A stretch of DNA of 64,000 nucleotides from an archaeon (GTDB lineage Archaea; Iainarchaeota; Iainarchaeia; Iainarchaeales; DTGL01), in contig JAPDKC010000009.1 in assembly GCA_029258755.1 (NCBI GenBank), positions 46,967-110,966 of the forward strand, in the 5' to 3' direction. This document shows, piece by piece, positions 46,224 to 56,634 of this stretch; position 1 is the stretch's first letter; the number at the start of each line of letters is the position of its first letter. Made by a program: the position numbers and the translations under genes. The notes under the pieces were generated by a model that saw nothing but the letters and a program-made list of their open reading frames with translations, did not search any database and had not been told where the DNA came from.

Positions 46224-47750
46224 ATGCACGCTATAGCTGTTTTAGATTTTGGGGGCCAGTACGCACATCTCATCGCAAGGAAGATTAGGGAGCTTGGCGT
46301 TTATTCCTTTGTTATAGAAGGGGATTGTAAAAAAGAAAAGCTTGCCGAAATACAAGGGCTCAAAGGGATTGTTCTTTCTGGCGGTCCAGCTTCCGCTAGC
46401 GACAAAAATGCCCCTAAAATCGATAGGGAAATACTAAAATTGCATGTGCCGATTCTTGGCATCTGCTATGGCCACCAATTGTTAGCGAAGCTTTCTGGCG
46501 GAAAGGTAGCTAAAGGGAAAAATGCCGAATATGGGAAAACAGAGCTTAAAGTTCTAAATAAAAGCTTGTTGCTAGCTGGACTTAAAGAAAGAGAGATTGT
46601 TTGGATGAACCATAGAGATACTGTTGTAAAGCTGCCTTCAAGCTTCAATATATTGGCATCAACACAAAACTGCAAAATTGCAGCTTTCGAAAACAGAGAA
46701 AAAGGATTATATGGCTTGCAATTCCATCCGGAGGTAAGCCATACCATCAAAGGTAAAAGGATATTAGCAAACTTCGTTTTCAATATTTGTAAGGCGGAAC
46801 CATCTTACAAAGAAAAGGATATAATAAATAAAATTGTAGAAGAAGCAAAGCAAACAATAGGAAACAAAAAAGCCATAATTGGCTTATCCTCTGGTATAGA
46901 TTCATCCACAGCAGCAATGCTTGTACACAAAGCTATTGGAAAAAATTTGCTTGCTGTTTATATTGACACCGGTCTAATGCGCTATCGCGAAACAGAGCTT
47001 GTGAAAAGAGTGTTTAGCAAGCTTGGGCTAAATTTGCGTATCGTGAACGCAAAAAAACGATTCTTCGCTGCGTTAAAAAATGTGAAAAATCCGGAAAGAA
47101 AAAGGCACATTATAGGAAAGCTTTTCATTAAGATATTTGAGGAAATCGCCAAAAAAGAAAAAGCCGAATTTTTGGTACAAGGCACTATATATTCCGACCG
47201 CATAGAGAGTGGCATAACAAAGTATTCAGCAAGGATAAAGAGCCATCATAACGTTGCTGCTTTACCAAAGCGCATGCGCTTAAAGCTTTATGAACCGTTA
47301 AGAAATCTGTACAAAGATGAGGTAAGGAGGATAGCAAAAAAGCTTGGCCTACCTAAAGAGCTTATAAAAAGGCATGTTTTTCCCGGTCCTGGTTTAGCTA
47401 TTCGTGTAGCTGGTGAAGTAACACCGAAAAAAGTAGCCATAGTGAGAAAAGCAAGCTATATAGTAGAGGAAGAACTCAAAAAAGCAAAGCTTTATGATAA
47501 GGTCTGGATGGGCTTCGCGATTCTTTTGCCCGTTAAAAGCGTTGGTATCCAAGGAGACGCAAGAACTTATAAGTATGCGGTTGTAGTAAGGATTGTTTGC
47601 TCTGAAGATGCTATGACTGCAAACTTCGCCAAGCTTCCTTTCAGCGTGCTAGAAAGAATCTCTACTAGAATTACCAATGAGATAGCTGAAGTGAATCGCG
47701 TACTTTATGATATCACAAATAAGCCGCCAGCTACGATGGAATGGGAATAG
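46224..47750 (+). CDS. guaA: GMP synthase (glutamine-hydrolysing), fused GATase and ATP-PPase domains
   Basis: GICYGHQ (GATase Cys), SGGIDSS (PP-loop) and a C-terminal dimerisation domain. Confidence 0.9.
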   Translation: MHAIAVLDFGGQYAHLIARKIRELGVYSFVIEGDCKKEKLAEIQGLKGIVLSGGPASASDKNAPKIDREILKLHVPILGICYGHQLLAKLSGGKVAKGKNAEYGKTELKVLNKSLLLAGLKEREIVWMNHRDTVVKLPSSFNILASTQNCKIAAFENREKGLYGLQFHPEVSHTIKGKRILANFVFNICKAEPSYKEKDIINKIVEEAKQTIGNKKAIIGLSSGIDSSTAAMLVHKAIGKNLLAVYIDTGLMRYRETELVKRVFSKLGLNLRIVNAKKRFFAALKNVKNPERKRHIIGKLFIKIFEEIAKKEKAEFLVQGTIYSDRIESGITKYSARIKSHHNVAALPKRMRLKLYEPLRNLYKDEVRRIAKKLGLPKELIKRHVFPGPGLAIRVAGEVTPKKVAIVRKASYIVEEELKKAKLYDKVWMGFAILLPVKSVGIQGDARTYKYAVVVRIVCSEDAMTANFAKLPFSVLERISTRITNEIAEVNRVLYDITNKPPATMEWE

Positions 47751-47777
47751 CATTTCTTTTACAAGCTTTTCGAAAAA

Positions 47778-47835
47778 TTTGTAACTAAAATAGTTACAAA
47801 TATTTTTTAAATTTTTTGTAACTAAAATAGTTACA
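47778..47835 (+). promoter_or_regulatory. Two direct copies of a 21-nt element, each an 8-3-8 palindrome (TGTAACTA-aaa-TAGTTACA): putative AbiEi operator
   Basis: TTTGTAACTAAAATAGTTACA sits at 47778-47798 and again at 47815-47835. The second copy overlaps the ATG of the downstream gene. Confidence 0.6.
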
Positions 47836-48464
47836 TGAATAAAAAGTTGAAAATATATGCCTACTTGTGGAAATTGTTTGCAGATGAAGTATTTTCAATA
47901 AGAGAGTTTGAACAGGCATTCTATGCCCCAAATGCGAGAAAAACATTATGTGATTTGTGTAAAGAAGGGTTTGTTATAAGGGTAGGCAGAGGACATTACA
48001 AAGCGGCAAAACCTGTTGAGTTTTTAAACAATTTAATCTGCCAAAAAAACCCATACGATTTGCCAAACAAAAGCAATTTACCATATGCATTTGCTGATAA
48101 GGATGCTGTTGTTATCTGGAGCAATGGCTACTACTGGACAGGTTTTAAAGCAGGTTTTTTGCCAATTATTATTGAGGTAAGGCAAAGGGATTTGAAAAAA
48201 TGGCAGGAATTTTTTAAGAAAAATCGTGCTGAATATTTTGTTGAGGGTGAAAAACCTAAGGAAACATTTGTTGGCACTGTGTATATTTTAAGGCCTGTAA
48301 AAGAGGTTGAAGCGGAAAAAAGAGGGGCTTATTCAGTAATGCCCTTGAAAAAAACTATCGAATTCTGCAAAAGAAACAAGTACTTATTTGAACCAGTGTT
48401 AGAATATTTAAGCAAGAAGTATCGCATGCGTTTAGCAAAGCAATATAGCTATATTAATAGGTGA
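47835..48464 (+). CDS. abiEi: AbiEi-like antitoxin (wHTH transcriptional regulator) of a type IV TA system
   Basis: N-terminal wHTH with RVGRGHY, a 4-nt overlap with the downstream nucleotidyltransferase, and the operator repeats upstream. Confidence 0.5.
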   Translation: MNKKLKIYAYLWKLFADEVFSIREFEQAFYAPNARKTLCDLCKEGFVIRVGRGHYKAAKPVEFLNNLICQKNPYDLPNKSNLPYAFADKDAVVIWSNGYYWTGFKAGFLPIIIEVRQRDLKKWQEFFKKNRAEYFVEGEKPKETFVGTVYILRPVKEVEAEKRGAYSVMPLKKTIEFCKRNKYLFEPVLEYLSKKYRMRLAKQYSYINR

Positions 48465-49165
48465 TGCGTTTGTTTCTGGGGCTTTTGAAAAGAGAAAAAG
48501 AAATAATGAAGCTTTTGAAAGAGATTGTAAAAAGAAAAAGTTTTGTTGTAATTGGTGGCTATGCGGTAAATGCATTCACCCAGCCAAGATTTTCTCTTGA
48601 TCTGGATATCGTTGTCGATAAAGAAGATTCTGCATTTTTTCGAAAGTTTTTGAGAGAGAAGGGTTTTTCAAAAGTAGCGGAGTTTAAGGAACTTCCTTAT
48701 AAAGGAACTTTTGAAAGATTTGAGAAAAAGCTGGAAACTGGCAGCATTTCGGTAGATTTGCTTATCGGAGAGGTAGCAAGCAGGCAAACCGGAGCGAGCT
48801 ATTCTTACGAATATTTGAAAAAATACAGCAGGGTGAGAAACATTATAGGCATGTCTGAACGTGTCAGAGCGCGCGTAGCTGATGCAGAGTTGCTGATCGC
48901 ATTAAAGATAAACTCTGCTAGAAATGTGGATATAAGAGATGTATTTATGTTAGCAGGTACGAAGGTGCGACTGGAGATAATAAAAAAACATTTGGAAAAA
49001 GTGAATAAGAAAAAGCTGAAAGAGAATCTGAAGAAAATAAAAAAGGCAATTAACGAAAAGCGATTCAGAGATTCTTTGCAAGGATGCTTTGGCATTGTTG
49101 ATGATAAAACATTTGAAAGAAACAGGAAAAAGCTCATGAGAATTCTAAACGCGCTCTCCACTTAA
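48461..49165 (+). CDS. abiEii: AbiEii-like nucleotidyltransferase toxin
   Basis: VIGGYAVNAFTQPRFSLDLDIVV matches the AbiEii/DUF1814 motif (GG.A......R.S.DlD). Confidence 0.55.
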   Translation: MMRLFLGLLKREKEIMKLLKEIVKRKSFVVIGGYAVNAFTQPRFSLDLDIVVDKEDSAFFRKFLREKGFSKVAEFKELPYKGTFERFEKKLETGSISVDLLIGEVASRQTGASYSYEYLKKYSRVRNIIGMSERVRARVADAELLIALKINSARNVDIRDVFMLAGTKVRLEIIKKHLEKVNKKKLKENLKKIKKAINEKRFRDSLQGCFGIVDDKTFERNRKKLMRILNALST

Positions 49166-49166
49166 A

Positions 49167-49664
49167 CTATTTTCCTACACTGGACCAAGGATAAACAACC
49201 CAGCCGTCAGCTATTTCAGCATAATAATCGGGCTTAAACTTCGACCATGGTTTATAATGCACTGTCAAAAAGCGAGCTTCCTTTGGCTTAAGCGATTCTA
49301 TGTACTTTTTAACAGCTAAGCCGGTAGCACCGCTATCCGTCACTTCATCCACAACAAGCACGCGCTTACCTTCTATACTTTTATCCAATTTCTGCACAAT
49401 TTTGGGCTTTGCATTCTTTTTCATATCCGCTTTAGCAACATCATCTTTATAGTATTCAACTTTTATCACATACAATTCGTTGTTCTTTAGTGCATGTGAA
49501 ATTATTTGTGCAGGCACTAAGCCGCCCCTACTAACAGCAACAATAACATCCGGCTCAAAGCGATCTTTTTGCAGTTGCTCAACAAGCTTTTTGCAAAGCT
49601 TATCTAGCTTTTCCCAAGAAATAAATAGCTTTTTTTCTAAATTTTGCTTAGCTATTCGAGCCAT
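49167..49664 (-). CDS. Purine phosphoribosyltransferase (hpt/gpt-like)
   Basis: PRPP-binding motif RVLVVDEVTDSGATG. Confidence 0.75.
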   Translation of the reverse strand: MARIAKQNLEKKLFISWEKLDKLCKKLVEQLQKDRFEPDVIVAVSRGGLVPAQIISHALKNNELYVIKVEYYKDDVAKADMKKNAKPKIVQKLDKSIEGKRVLVVDEVTDSGATGLAVKKYIESLKPKEARFLTVHYKPWSKFKPDYYAEIADGWVVYPWSSVGK

Positions 49665-49725
49665 ATAATATCCATTAGAAAAAGTAATAAAAAACTATAA
49701 CACAATTTTAAGAACCAATGCCATG

Positions 49726-51411
49726 CTATCGAATCTTATAGAGCTTTATACTTCCATACTCAAGTACTGGCTTTTCTTTTAACTTAACTGGGAAATATTT
49801 CTCGTCAATTACCACGTATTCTACATTCAAATCATATATGCATTCCACACATTTCGTTTGCAGGATTTTTTCACGTAATTGTTTTTTTCTCAGCACTTCT
49901 TGCCAAGCTGCATTATGCCAAACGATATGCTTAACAGCTGGCAAAAAGAAACCACGAGTAACATCAAATGGAATCTTATTGGAAAATTCTGCTATCTTTG
50001 AAGAGCCTGTCGTAAGGAAAAGCGTTTCCTTAAGAGCTACGTCGTACTCCTTAAATCTAAAAGCAAAGCTAGCCTGCTCTGCTGAAATCTTGCTTCCAAA
50101 TCTAAGTTTAGTGAGATAGCCAGAAGAAAAAAACGCAAGCAAACAAAGAATAACAATAAGTACTTTTACCCACTTCTCAAATTCTTTGGTTTTGAATTGA
50201 ATTTCGGAAAGAGTTAAGCCACCAAACAGGACTGCACCCAAACCAGCAAACTCCATTGGAACATTGGAAGAAGGATACTTCTTTAGGAAAAGGTAGAAAT
50301 AAAGTAGTATAAAAACAATAATTATTGTTAACGCAAACAATTTTTGCTTTGAGTAATTCCTTTTATTAAGCATCCAAAAGAACCCAATAACAACAACAGC
50401 CAGCGGAACCCAACCAAGCCATAAAGCGACAGAAATTAATTCTTTACATAAGAGGGTTAGCGTTACTTCAGCAAGCTTGCTTTGAGCAAAAAGACCTGAA
50501 AAAGAAACAGAATAAACTATCATAAAGGAAGGTACCGCTAACACGAGCGCTGGCAGAGTTTTCAATATTGGAATAAACTTTTCCCTATAGAACAAAATAT
50601 AAATCAGGGAAAAAATTGCAGCATTGAAAAATATGCCTGCATGTACTATAGCGAGCGCTGGCAGGAAAAGCAAACAGAGCTTATTTTTCCTTAAAAAGAA
50701 AATAAAATAAAAGAAAAACAAGGTTGTTGCTAGCAGTCTTGGCCAAATACCAAAAAACATTTCTTGATAAACCATCTTGGTGCCAACAAAGAGCAATGCT
50801 GAATAAAGCCCAGCTTTTTCAGAGGCAAAAAGTTCCCTTGCAAAAAAATAAATTAAAATAACTTGTAGTGATGCGAAGAAAACACCAAAAAACCAAAGCA
50901 CTAAATAATCTGGAACAAAGAAAAATATATCTACAAAAAGCTTTGCAAACAAATGAAAACCAAAATTGTAGGTGAACGATATTCCTGAATACGGCTCAAA
51001 TGTTTGAGGTATTTTCTCGTTCATCTGAAGGACACGCACCATAATTGTGTGAAAAGCATCATTTGAAGCTGGGTAAAAGGGGTGGAGCAAAAGCAAGGGA
51101 TGTGCACAGAGCATTGCAACAATAATTGAAAGCAAAAAAACTTCCCCGCACGGTTTTTCAATTTTGCCTAAAAAGTTTTTAATTAAAAAATAAGAAATAA
51201 CACACGAAGTGATGAGAATTATAGGCGTGTTTAGAAAAAACAGACCTAGCCAAACTGAAGAAACAACAACAACACCAGTAAATACTAAAAACCAGAAAAC
51301 TATTTTTAGTAAAACTTTATCAATATTCCTCAACTTAATAGACATAAATTCCGCCTGCGCAAACGTTTTCTTCCCTAAGCAAAACGAACCTGCCCAAAGG
51401 AGGTATCTCAT
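49726..51411 (-). CDS. Large polytopic membrane protein, GT-C-like glycosyltransferase candidate
   Basis: 561 aa with at least 12 TM helices and a C-terminal soluble domain. Its neighbourhood is glycan-biosynthesis genes. Confidence 0.35.
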   Translation of the reverse strand: MRYLLWAGSFCLGKKTFAQAEFMSIKLRNIDKVLLKIVFWFLVFTGVVVVSSVWLGLFFLNTPIILITSCVISYFLIKNFLGKIEKPCGEVFLLSIIVAMLCAHPLLLLHPFYPASNDAFHTIMVRVLQMNEKIPQTFEPYSGISFTYNFGFHLFAKLFVDIFFFVPDYLVLWFFGVFFASLQVILIYFFARELFASEKAGLYSALLFVGTKMVYQEMFFGIWPRLLATTLFFFYFIFFLRKNKLCLLFLPALAIVHAGIFFNAAIFSLIYILFYREKFIPILKTLPALVLAVPSFMIVYSVSFSGLFAQSKLAEVTLTLLCKELISVALWLGWVPLAVVVIGFFWMLNKRNYSKQKLFALTIIIVFILLYFYLFLKKYPSSNVPMEFAGLGAVLFGGLTLSEIQFKTKEFEKWVKVLIVILCLLAFFSSGYLTKLRFGSKISAEQASFAFRFKEYDVALKETLFLTTGSSKIAEFSNKIPFDVTRGFFLPAVKHIVWHNAAWQEVLRKKQLREKILQTKCVECIYDLNVEYVVIDEKYFPVKLKEKPVLEYGSIKLYKIR

Positions 51412-52558
51412 TAAAGTTTTCTAGCACTAATGCTTTGTCACATTCTATAAGCACTTTGCCAACCTCCGTTTCGTTAAGCGTTTTGGCCTCTTTTTCTATT
51501 ACTCTTAAATCAGCTGAATCTATGCGTTCATAAATGCGCTTTATTTTGCATACTCTTTCCTGGGTTGCACATCTTAAGCAAAGCTCTTTATTAATCTGTA
51601 AAGGCTCTCTGGCAAGCCAAAATATGTTTGCAACAAATTCCTTTTTTATTTCTGGCTTCTTTCCTGAGCAAGCAATTTCGCCTCTAGAAACGCTTGCGTT
51701 AGTTGTTACGCCTATGCTTTCGCCAGCAACTGCTTTGCTTTGCGTTTTACCGAAAACCTCTATAGAAAGTATTTTTGCCTCTATGCCTGAGGGATAAAAT
51801 GTTACTTGTTGACCTGCAAAAATCGTACCTGATTCAACTCTTCCTATAAAAATTTTTTTGCCCGCTCTTTCTAAAACGCCTTGCACAGCATATCTCAAGC
51901 TTTTATCTGCAAGCGTCTCCGAAACTTGCAAAGAATCCAACGCTTCAAGCAAAGTAGGGCCTTCAAACCAAGTCATGTTTTCAGAGGATTTCACTACATT
52001 ATCTCCAAGCTTTGCAGATATTGGAATATAGTAGCTTGCATGCAGCCCCAGCTTTGAAAGTAGGTTTTTAGTTTCCCCTAGTACTTCAACATACTTTTCT
52101 TTTTTGTATGAGACTAAATCCATTTTATTTAGAGCAACTATTATGTTCTTTAGTCCAAGCATCGCTAACATATAAGCGTGCCTTTTTGTTTGTTCCTCAA
52201 CACCTTTACTTACATCTATTATGAGTACTGCCGCTTGCGCTTGCGCAGCGCCTGTAATCATATTGCGGATAAATTCTTTGTGCCCGGGAGCATCGATTAT
52301 AGTATAGCAAGCTTTTGGAGTTTTGAAAAAAAGCTGTGCTGTATCAATAGTCATTTCCTGTTCGCGTTCTTCTTTAAGATGGTCCATCACAAACGCATAC
52401 TCAAAAGTTTTACCAAGCTTTTTGCATGTCTCTTTGATTTCTTCTATCCTTTCTTTCGGTAATGAACCTGTATCATAGAGGAGTCTACCTATAAGCGTGG
52501 ATTTCCCATGATCTACATGGCCTACAATTACTATAGGCATGCTTTTCATTTCAAACAC
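51335..52558 (-). CDS. cysN: Sulfate adenylyltransferase subunit 1 (CysN-type GTPase)
   Basis: [19 protein letters not shown] and NKMDLV. The RRH-like motif and NKMDLV favour CysN over EF-1alpha. It lies directly upstream of cysD. Confidence 0.6.
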   Translation of the reverse strand: MFEMKSMPIVIVGHVDHGKSTLIGRLLYDTGSLPKERIEEIKETCKKLGKTFEYAFVMDHLKEEREQEMTIDTAQLFFKTPKACYTIIDAPGHKEFIRNMITGAAQAQAAVLIIDVSKGVEEQTKRHAYMLAMLGLKNIIVALNKMDLVSYKKEKYVEVLGETKNLLSKLGLHASYYIPISAKLGDNVVKSSENMTWFEGPTLLEALDSLQVSETLADKSLRYAVQGVLERAGKKIFIGRVESGTIFAGQQVTFYPSGIEAKILSIEVFGKTQSKAVAGESIGVTTNASVSRGEIACSGKKPEIKKEFVANIFWLAREPLQINKELCLRCATQERVCKIKRIYERIDSADLRVIEKEAKTLNETEVGKVLIECDKALVLENFNEIPPLGRFVLLREENVCAGGIYVY

Positions 52559-53389
52559 CTACATATAACCTAAAGAACGCAACTTTTGCATCATATAAGC
52601 TTGTTCTTTATCTTGAGCTCTGCCTGCGCGCTCAGCTTCCTTAGTGTGCTTTAACTCTTCAATAATCTCATCTATTGTGCTAGCATTAGATTCTATTGGC
52701 TTTGTACAAGGCATACAGCCAAGGCTTCTATAACGCTTGCCATTCTTAGCGAAATACATTGGATTCACAGGAATCTGCTCGCGCTTTATATATTCCCATA
52801 TATTGAGCTCTGTCCAATGCAACATTGGATGCACTCTTATATGTGTTTCGCCATCGGCTTGAGTATTAAACTGATCCCAGAGTTCTGCAGGCTGTTCTTT
52901 ATAGTTCCACCTAAAGCTTGCATCCCTAGGGCTGAAATACCTTTCCTTAGCTCTAATGCCATGCTCATCTCTTCTTATACCAAGAAGCAAAGCCTTAAAT
53001 CCATACTTTTTTATTGCTTGCTTAAGCGCTTCTGTTTTTAGTGCTGTACAACAGGCAAGCTTTCCTTTGCTCGGATTCATACCTTGCTTCAGAGCCTCTT
53101 CATTCCTAGCTACAATAAGATTCAGGTTCCACTCTTTCGCTAAGCGATCTCTAAACTCATACATTTCCTTAAATTTAAAGGTTGTATCTATATGAAGAAC
53201 TGGGAAAGGTATTTCGCCATAAAACGCTTTTCTGCAAAGATAAAGCAAGGTTGTTGAATCCTTGCCAACACTCCAAAGCATTGCTATGCGCTTAAATCTT
53301 TCATATGCTTCTCTAATTATATATATGCTCTTGCTTTCCAGCTCATCCAAATAATCCATGCTATCACCTAAGCAAGGATGTTCCATCAA
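52559..53389 (-). CDS. cysD: Sulfate adenylyltransferase subunit 2
   Basis: PP-loop SVGKDSTTLLYL of the PAPS-reductase/CysD family. Confidence 0.8.
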   Translation of the reverse strand: MMEHPCLGDSMDYLDELESKSIYIIREAYERFKRIAMLWSVGKDSTTLLYLCRKAFYGEIPFPVLHIDTTFKFKEMYEFRDRLAKEWNLNLIVARNEEALKQGMNPSKGKLACCTALKTEALKQAIKKYGFKALLLGIRRDEHGIRAKERYFSPRDASFRWNYKEQPAELWDQFNTQADGETHIRVHPMLHWTELNIWEYIKREQIPVNPMYFAKNGKRYRSLGCMPCTKPIESNASTIDEIIEELKHTKEAERAGRAQDKEQAYMMQKLRSLGYM

Positions 53390-55112
53390 GCTGTTCGAAA
53401 GGAATATTAAAGTAATGCAAAGCTGTTGGCGTTAAGTCAAGGATGCTAGCGTTTTTTAGAGCTAGCGGCTCTGAGCAGAATATTATACCAGCGTTATGTT
53501 CAGGCAAAAATGGGCCAATATGGTCAGCGCTCCATTTGTTTTTATTGTCATAAATAATTTCATTTGAAGAAACGCTAGCGATAGCTGTTTCTCTCGATGC
53601 TCTGAAGCCTGGCCTATATATAGGCACTAAATCCGGCATATCTTTATTACCTTCATAAGCTTCCTCGTTGGTTTTCACATCAATAAATGGTTTCATATGA
53701 TCGAAGCTGAATTTCAGTAATGCTTGCTTAATGTCTTCCTTAATGCTTTCCGCATCCTTTTCGCTTACTATGCCGTATCTTTCCCTGCCTTTTAAATTGA
53801 TATAAATGGAACCGAATCCTAAAGCATACGCTTGAGTGCGACTCCAATCGATATCCGCAAAGCTGCCACATTCAGCTTTATCTTTAAATGCTAAAAATCC
53901 TTCCTCAAGCAGTATTTTATTAACCTGTACGCTTTTTCTGTAAGTTTGGAACCCATGATCAGAGATTACAAAAAGCAAAGCATCGCTAAGCAGAGGCATT
54001 AATTCAGCAAGCTTTTCATCAAGCCAAATATATGTTTTTTCAATTAGTTCAGCATAGTCACTTTCTTCATACATCGCATGCTCTTTATCTATAAAACGCC
54101 AAAATAAATGCTGCACGCGATCCACTGGAAAGAAATCTATTGCAAAGTAGTTCCATTTAGTTTTTTGGAGTAGGTGCTTCGCTATCCTAAATCTTGTTTC
54201 GAATGTATAGCGCATATCCTCAAGCCAGGTTTGTTCATCAATAAGCTCTTCTTTCAGCCCATAAACATCCGACTCAAAGCTTAAGCTTTTAAATACACCA
54301 AATTGTTCTGCAAGCTTTTTAGCAAGTGTTTCAGGATAGGCTATGCTAGCTGCCGGGTTAAAAGGAGAATAAGCTATTGGTGAAAGATAAACAGTTAGCT
54401 CGTTTTCATTGTTTTTAAGGATCTTAAATCTGCAAACTCCTTCTACATTAGCAAACTTAACTCTAAACCATTTGCTCCAGCAACCTTCTTTCAGCATATC
54501 TTTCTGTCCTTGTAATTCTATTACAATCTTCTCTCCTTTTCTTTCCAAAACTGCTTGTACTGTTTCATTATCCGGCCCTTCTATTGCCACAACAATTCTT
54601 TCTGCAAGTTCTATTTTCTTAACATCTGCCTTTTGTTCATCGCTTGCGGTTGAATATATTGTAGGCAAGCCTTGCGTGCCCCTCAAATCAGGCGTACCCA
54701 TGCCGCTAAGCACAACCCCCTTTATTTCTTCAGCTGGAAATGTAACTGGGATGAAAAGCGCTAGCGAAAAAAGCTTAGCTTCGCTTAGGTAATGCCAGCA
54801 AGCCTTTCCTTTGATCCTCTTTTCAAAAACTTTTTTGCCGGAAACAATTTTTTCATTAACCATTCCTATATCAAGCTGCATTGTTTCTGGATCACGAACA
54901 ATGAAGTCAAATATGTAATGCTTCGCTGGTGTTAAACCAGTTTGAAAAGAGCTCCAAGCAACAGGGCTTTGCGATACCAAAGTTGTGTTAAGCTTTGAAT
55001 ATGCTCCCTTATCTTTTAGCTCCGCTAACGTTGGCAGATTCCCTTCTTTAAGCAATTTATCCACTATACTTGGCTCTGCGCCATCTATACCAATTACTGC
55101 AAACCTTTTCAT
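53364..55112 (-). CDS. Alkaline-phosphatase-superfamily enzyme (type I phosphodiesterase/nucleotide pyrophosphatase, PF01663-like)
   Basis: ISDHGF metal-binding motif; 582 aa. Confidence 0.6.
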   Translation of the reverse strand: MKRFAVIGIDGAEPSIVDKLLKEGNLPTLAELKDKGAYSKLNTTLVSQSPVAWSSFQTGLTPAKHYIFDFIVRDPETMQLDIGMVNEKIVSGKKVFEKRIKGKACWHYLSEAKLFSLALFIPVTFPAEEIKGVVLSGMGTPDLRGTQGLPTIYSTASDEQKADVKKIELAERIVVAIEGPDNETVQAVLERKGEKIVIELQGQKDMLKEGCWSKWFRVKFANVEGVCRFKILKNNENELTVYLSPIAYSPFNPAASIAYPETLAKKLAEQFGVFKSLSFESDVYGLKEELIDEQTWLEDMRYTFETRFRIAKHLLQKTKWNYFAIDFFPVDRVQHLFWRFIDKEHAMYEESDYAELIEKTYIWLDEKLAELMPLLSDALLFVISDHGFQTYRKSVQVNKILLEEGFLAFKDKAECGSFADIDWSRTQAYALGFGSIYINLKGRERYGIVSEKDAESIKEDIKQALLKFSFDHMKPFIDVKTNEEAYEGNKDMPDLVPIYRPGFRASRETAIASVSSNEIIYDNKNKWSADHIGPFLPEHNAGIIFCSEPLALKNASILDLTPTALHYFNIPFEQLDGTSLLR

Positions 55113-55120
55113 AATAGCAC

Positions 55121-55366
55121 CTACTTCTTGCCAGCTAAATAGGGCAGCGTAACAATAGCTTTGCCTGTTTTTGCACTAGCGATTGCCTGCCTCAAAACAT
55201 ACCGTATCCATTCGCTAGGGCTTGAAAAGCCCGTTCCTTTTATTTCCTCCTTTATCTGCTCATAAAGCTCTTTTGGAATAGTAATAGTTACCTTTTCCTT
55301 TACCATAAGAGGAATTAAATGCAAACACTTTAAATAACTTATGTTTGAATTGCAATAACAATGCAA
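55121..55366 (-). CDS. Ribbon-helix-helix DNA-binding protein
   Basis: KVTITIPKELYEQIKEEI ... SEWIRYVLRQ. The likely start is MVKEK. Confidence 0.45.
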   Translation of the reverse strand: MHCYCNSNISYLKCLHLIPLMVKEKVTITIPKELYEQIKEEIKGTGFSSPSEWIRYVLRQAIASAKTGKAIVTLPYLAGKK

Positions 55367-56608
55367 TTATAATGAATATGCGGTTTTATTCTTTTTCTCG
55401 CACATTGCGAGTATCTCTTTTACTCCGAAAACCTTCATGTTTTTTGGCTTTTCTGGAACGATTTTCTTGTCTGGTACAATGAGCACTTTTTCGCACCTCT
55501 TAAAATTCGCCATTTTCTCCTCAATTGCATACAGCTCCTTCTTTCCCAATTTATTTTTCCATTTCACCTCAGCAACCAAAGTAAGCTTTTTGAAATCTCC
55601 AAGTGCAATATCAACCTCCAAATGCGGTTTATTTATAATAAAACATCTTTTTTTGTATAGCTTGGATAAAAGCTCTCTAAAAAAGTTTTCGATATGGAAA
55701 GGCAGTTTTTCAAAAAAGTATTTCTCATCCAATTCACTTTCAGAAAAGTTATATTTTTCATCTAGGTAGTAGTACAGATCAATCATAGGAGATGATACAA
55801 AATAGGAGTATCTTCTGCTTCCGTATTCTGGGATTCTCTTTATTAAACCCATGTCCAAAAGAGTTTTGATATAAGGGGTTATCTTTCCGTGCTCGCTTGT
55901 TTTAATGATGTTTTTGGAGTGTAAAAAATCAGCTATTTTCCCTATATGCCGCTTTCCCACGGCAATGGCTCTAATAATACCCTCATACTTTTCGCTCAGA
56001 GTTCTCTCTTCTTCTTCAAATATTTCCCCAACCAAGCTCGGAACAGTCAGCTTAAATTCGTTAATTATATTTGCCAAGTTTCTGCCCAAAAAACCTAGCA
56101 AAATCGGCTCTCTGAGATAAACGGAATATTCGACAAGCTTTTTTGGGTCTTTTATATATTTGCTTAAATTTACTAAAATATCCCTTTCATCAATGGGATT
56201 TATTCTGAGTTCATGTACGAGGCCAAGAATAGGTGATTTTCGTCCCATTATTTTTTTTGCAAGATGAAGTGTAGAGGTAACCAAAATAATCTTCTCCGGG
56301 CTCCTGTAATGGAGAAAATCTAAAAACTCATCTGGCAATCTGTGGAATTCATCCACCACAACAATTCTTTTTTCTTCTATGAGTCTATCCAGAATTGCGA
56401 TGAAAACATCATAATCCAGGCTTTTTTTAGCATTCTCATAGAATACGCCACCGCCTCTTTTTACAAAAAAATAATGGGCTTTTTTGAAATAATTTTTAAC
56501 CAAAAAAGTCTTCCCCGTTTTCCTTCGCCCATATATGAGAATCCTCCTAGGAAGCTCGGATAGTTTGCGTATTTCCGTGTTTCTAATTATGATAATTTTA
56601 TTTATCAT
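55367..56608 (-). CDS. Archaeal ATPase (PF01637-type AAA plus DUF234)
   Basis: Walker A GRRKTGKT, Walker B VVVDEF, and a DUF234-like C-terminus. Confidence 0.7.
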   Translation of the reverse strand: MINKIIIIRNTEIRKLSELPRRILIYGRRKTGKTFLVKNYFKKAHYFFVKRGGGVFYENAKKSLDYDVFIAILDRLIEEKRIVVVDEFHRLPDEFLDFLHYRSPEKIILVTSTLHLAKKIMGRKSPILGLVHELRINPIDERDILVNLSKYIKDPKKLVEYSVYLREPILLGFLGRNLANIINEFKLTVPSLVGEIFEEEERTLSEKYEGIIRAIAVGKRHIGKIADFLHSKNIIKTSEHGKITPYIKTLLDMGLIKRIPEYGSRRYSYFVSSPMIDLYYYLDEKYNFSESELDEKYFFEKLPFHIENFFRELLSKLYKKRCFIINKPHLEVDIALGDFKKLTLVAEVKWKNKLGKKELYAIEEKMANFKRCEKVLIVPDKKIVPEKPKNMKVFGVKEILAMCEKKNKTAYSL

Positions 56609-56634
56609 AACTTAAATTATCAAATACAATATTT

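Noticed and set aside
51335-52558. EF-1alpha as the identity of the 407-aa GTPase
   Set aside because: It is shorter than EF-1alpha, has a QTKRH (RRH-like) motif and NKMDLV as in CysN, and is directly fused in an operon with cysD.
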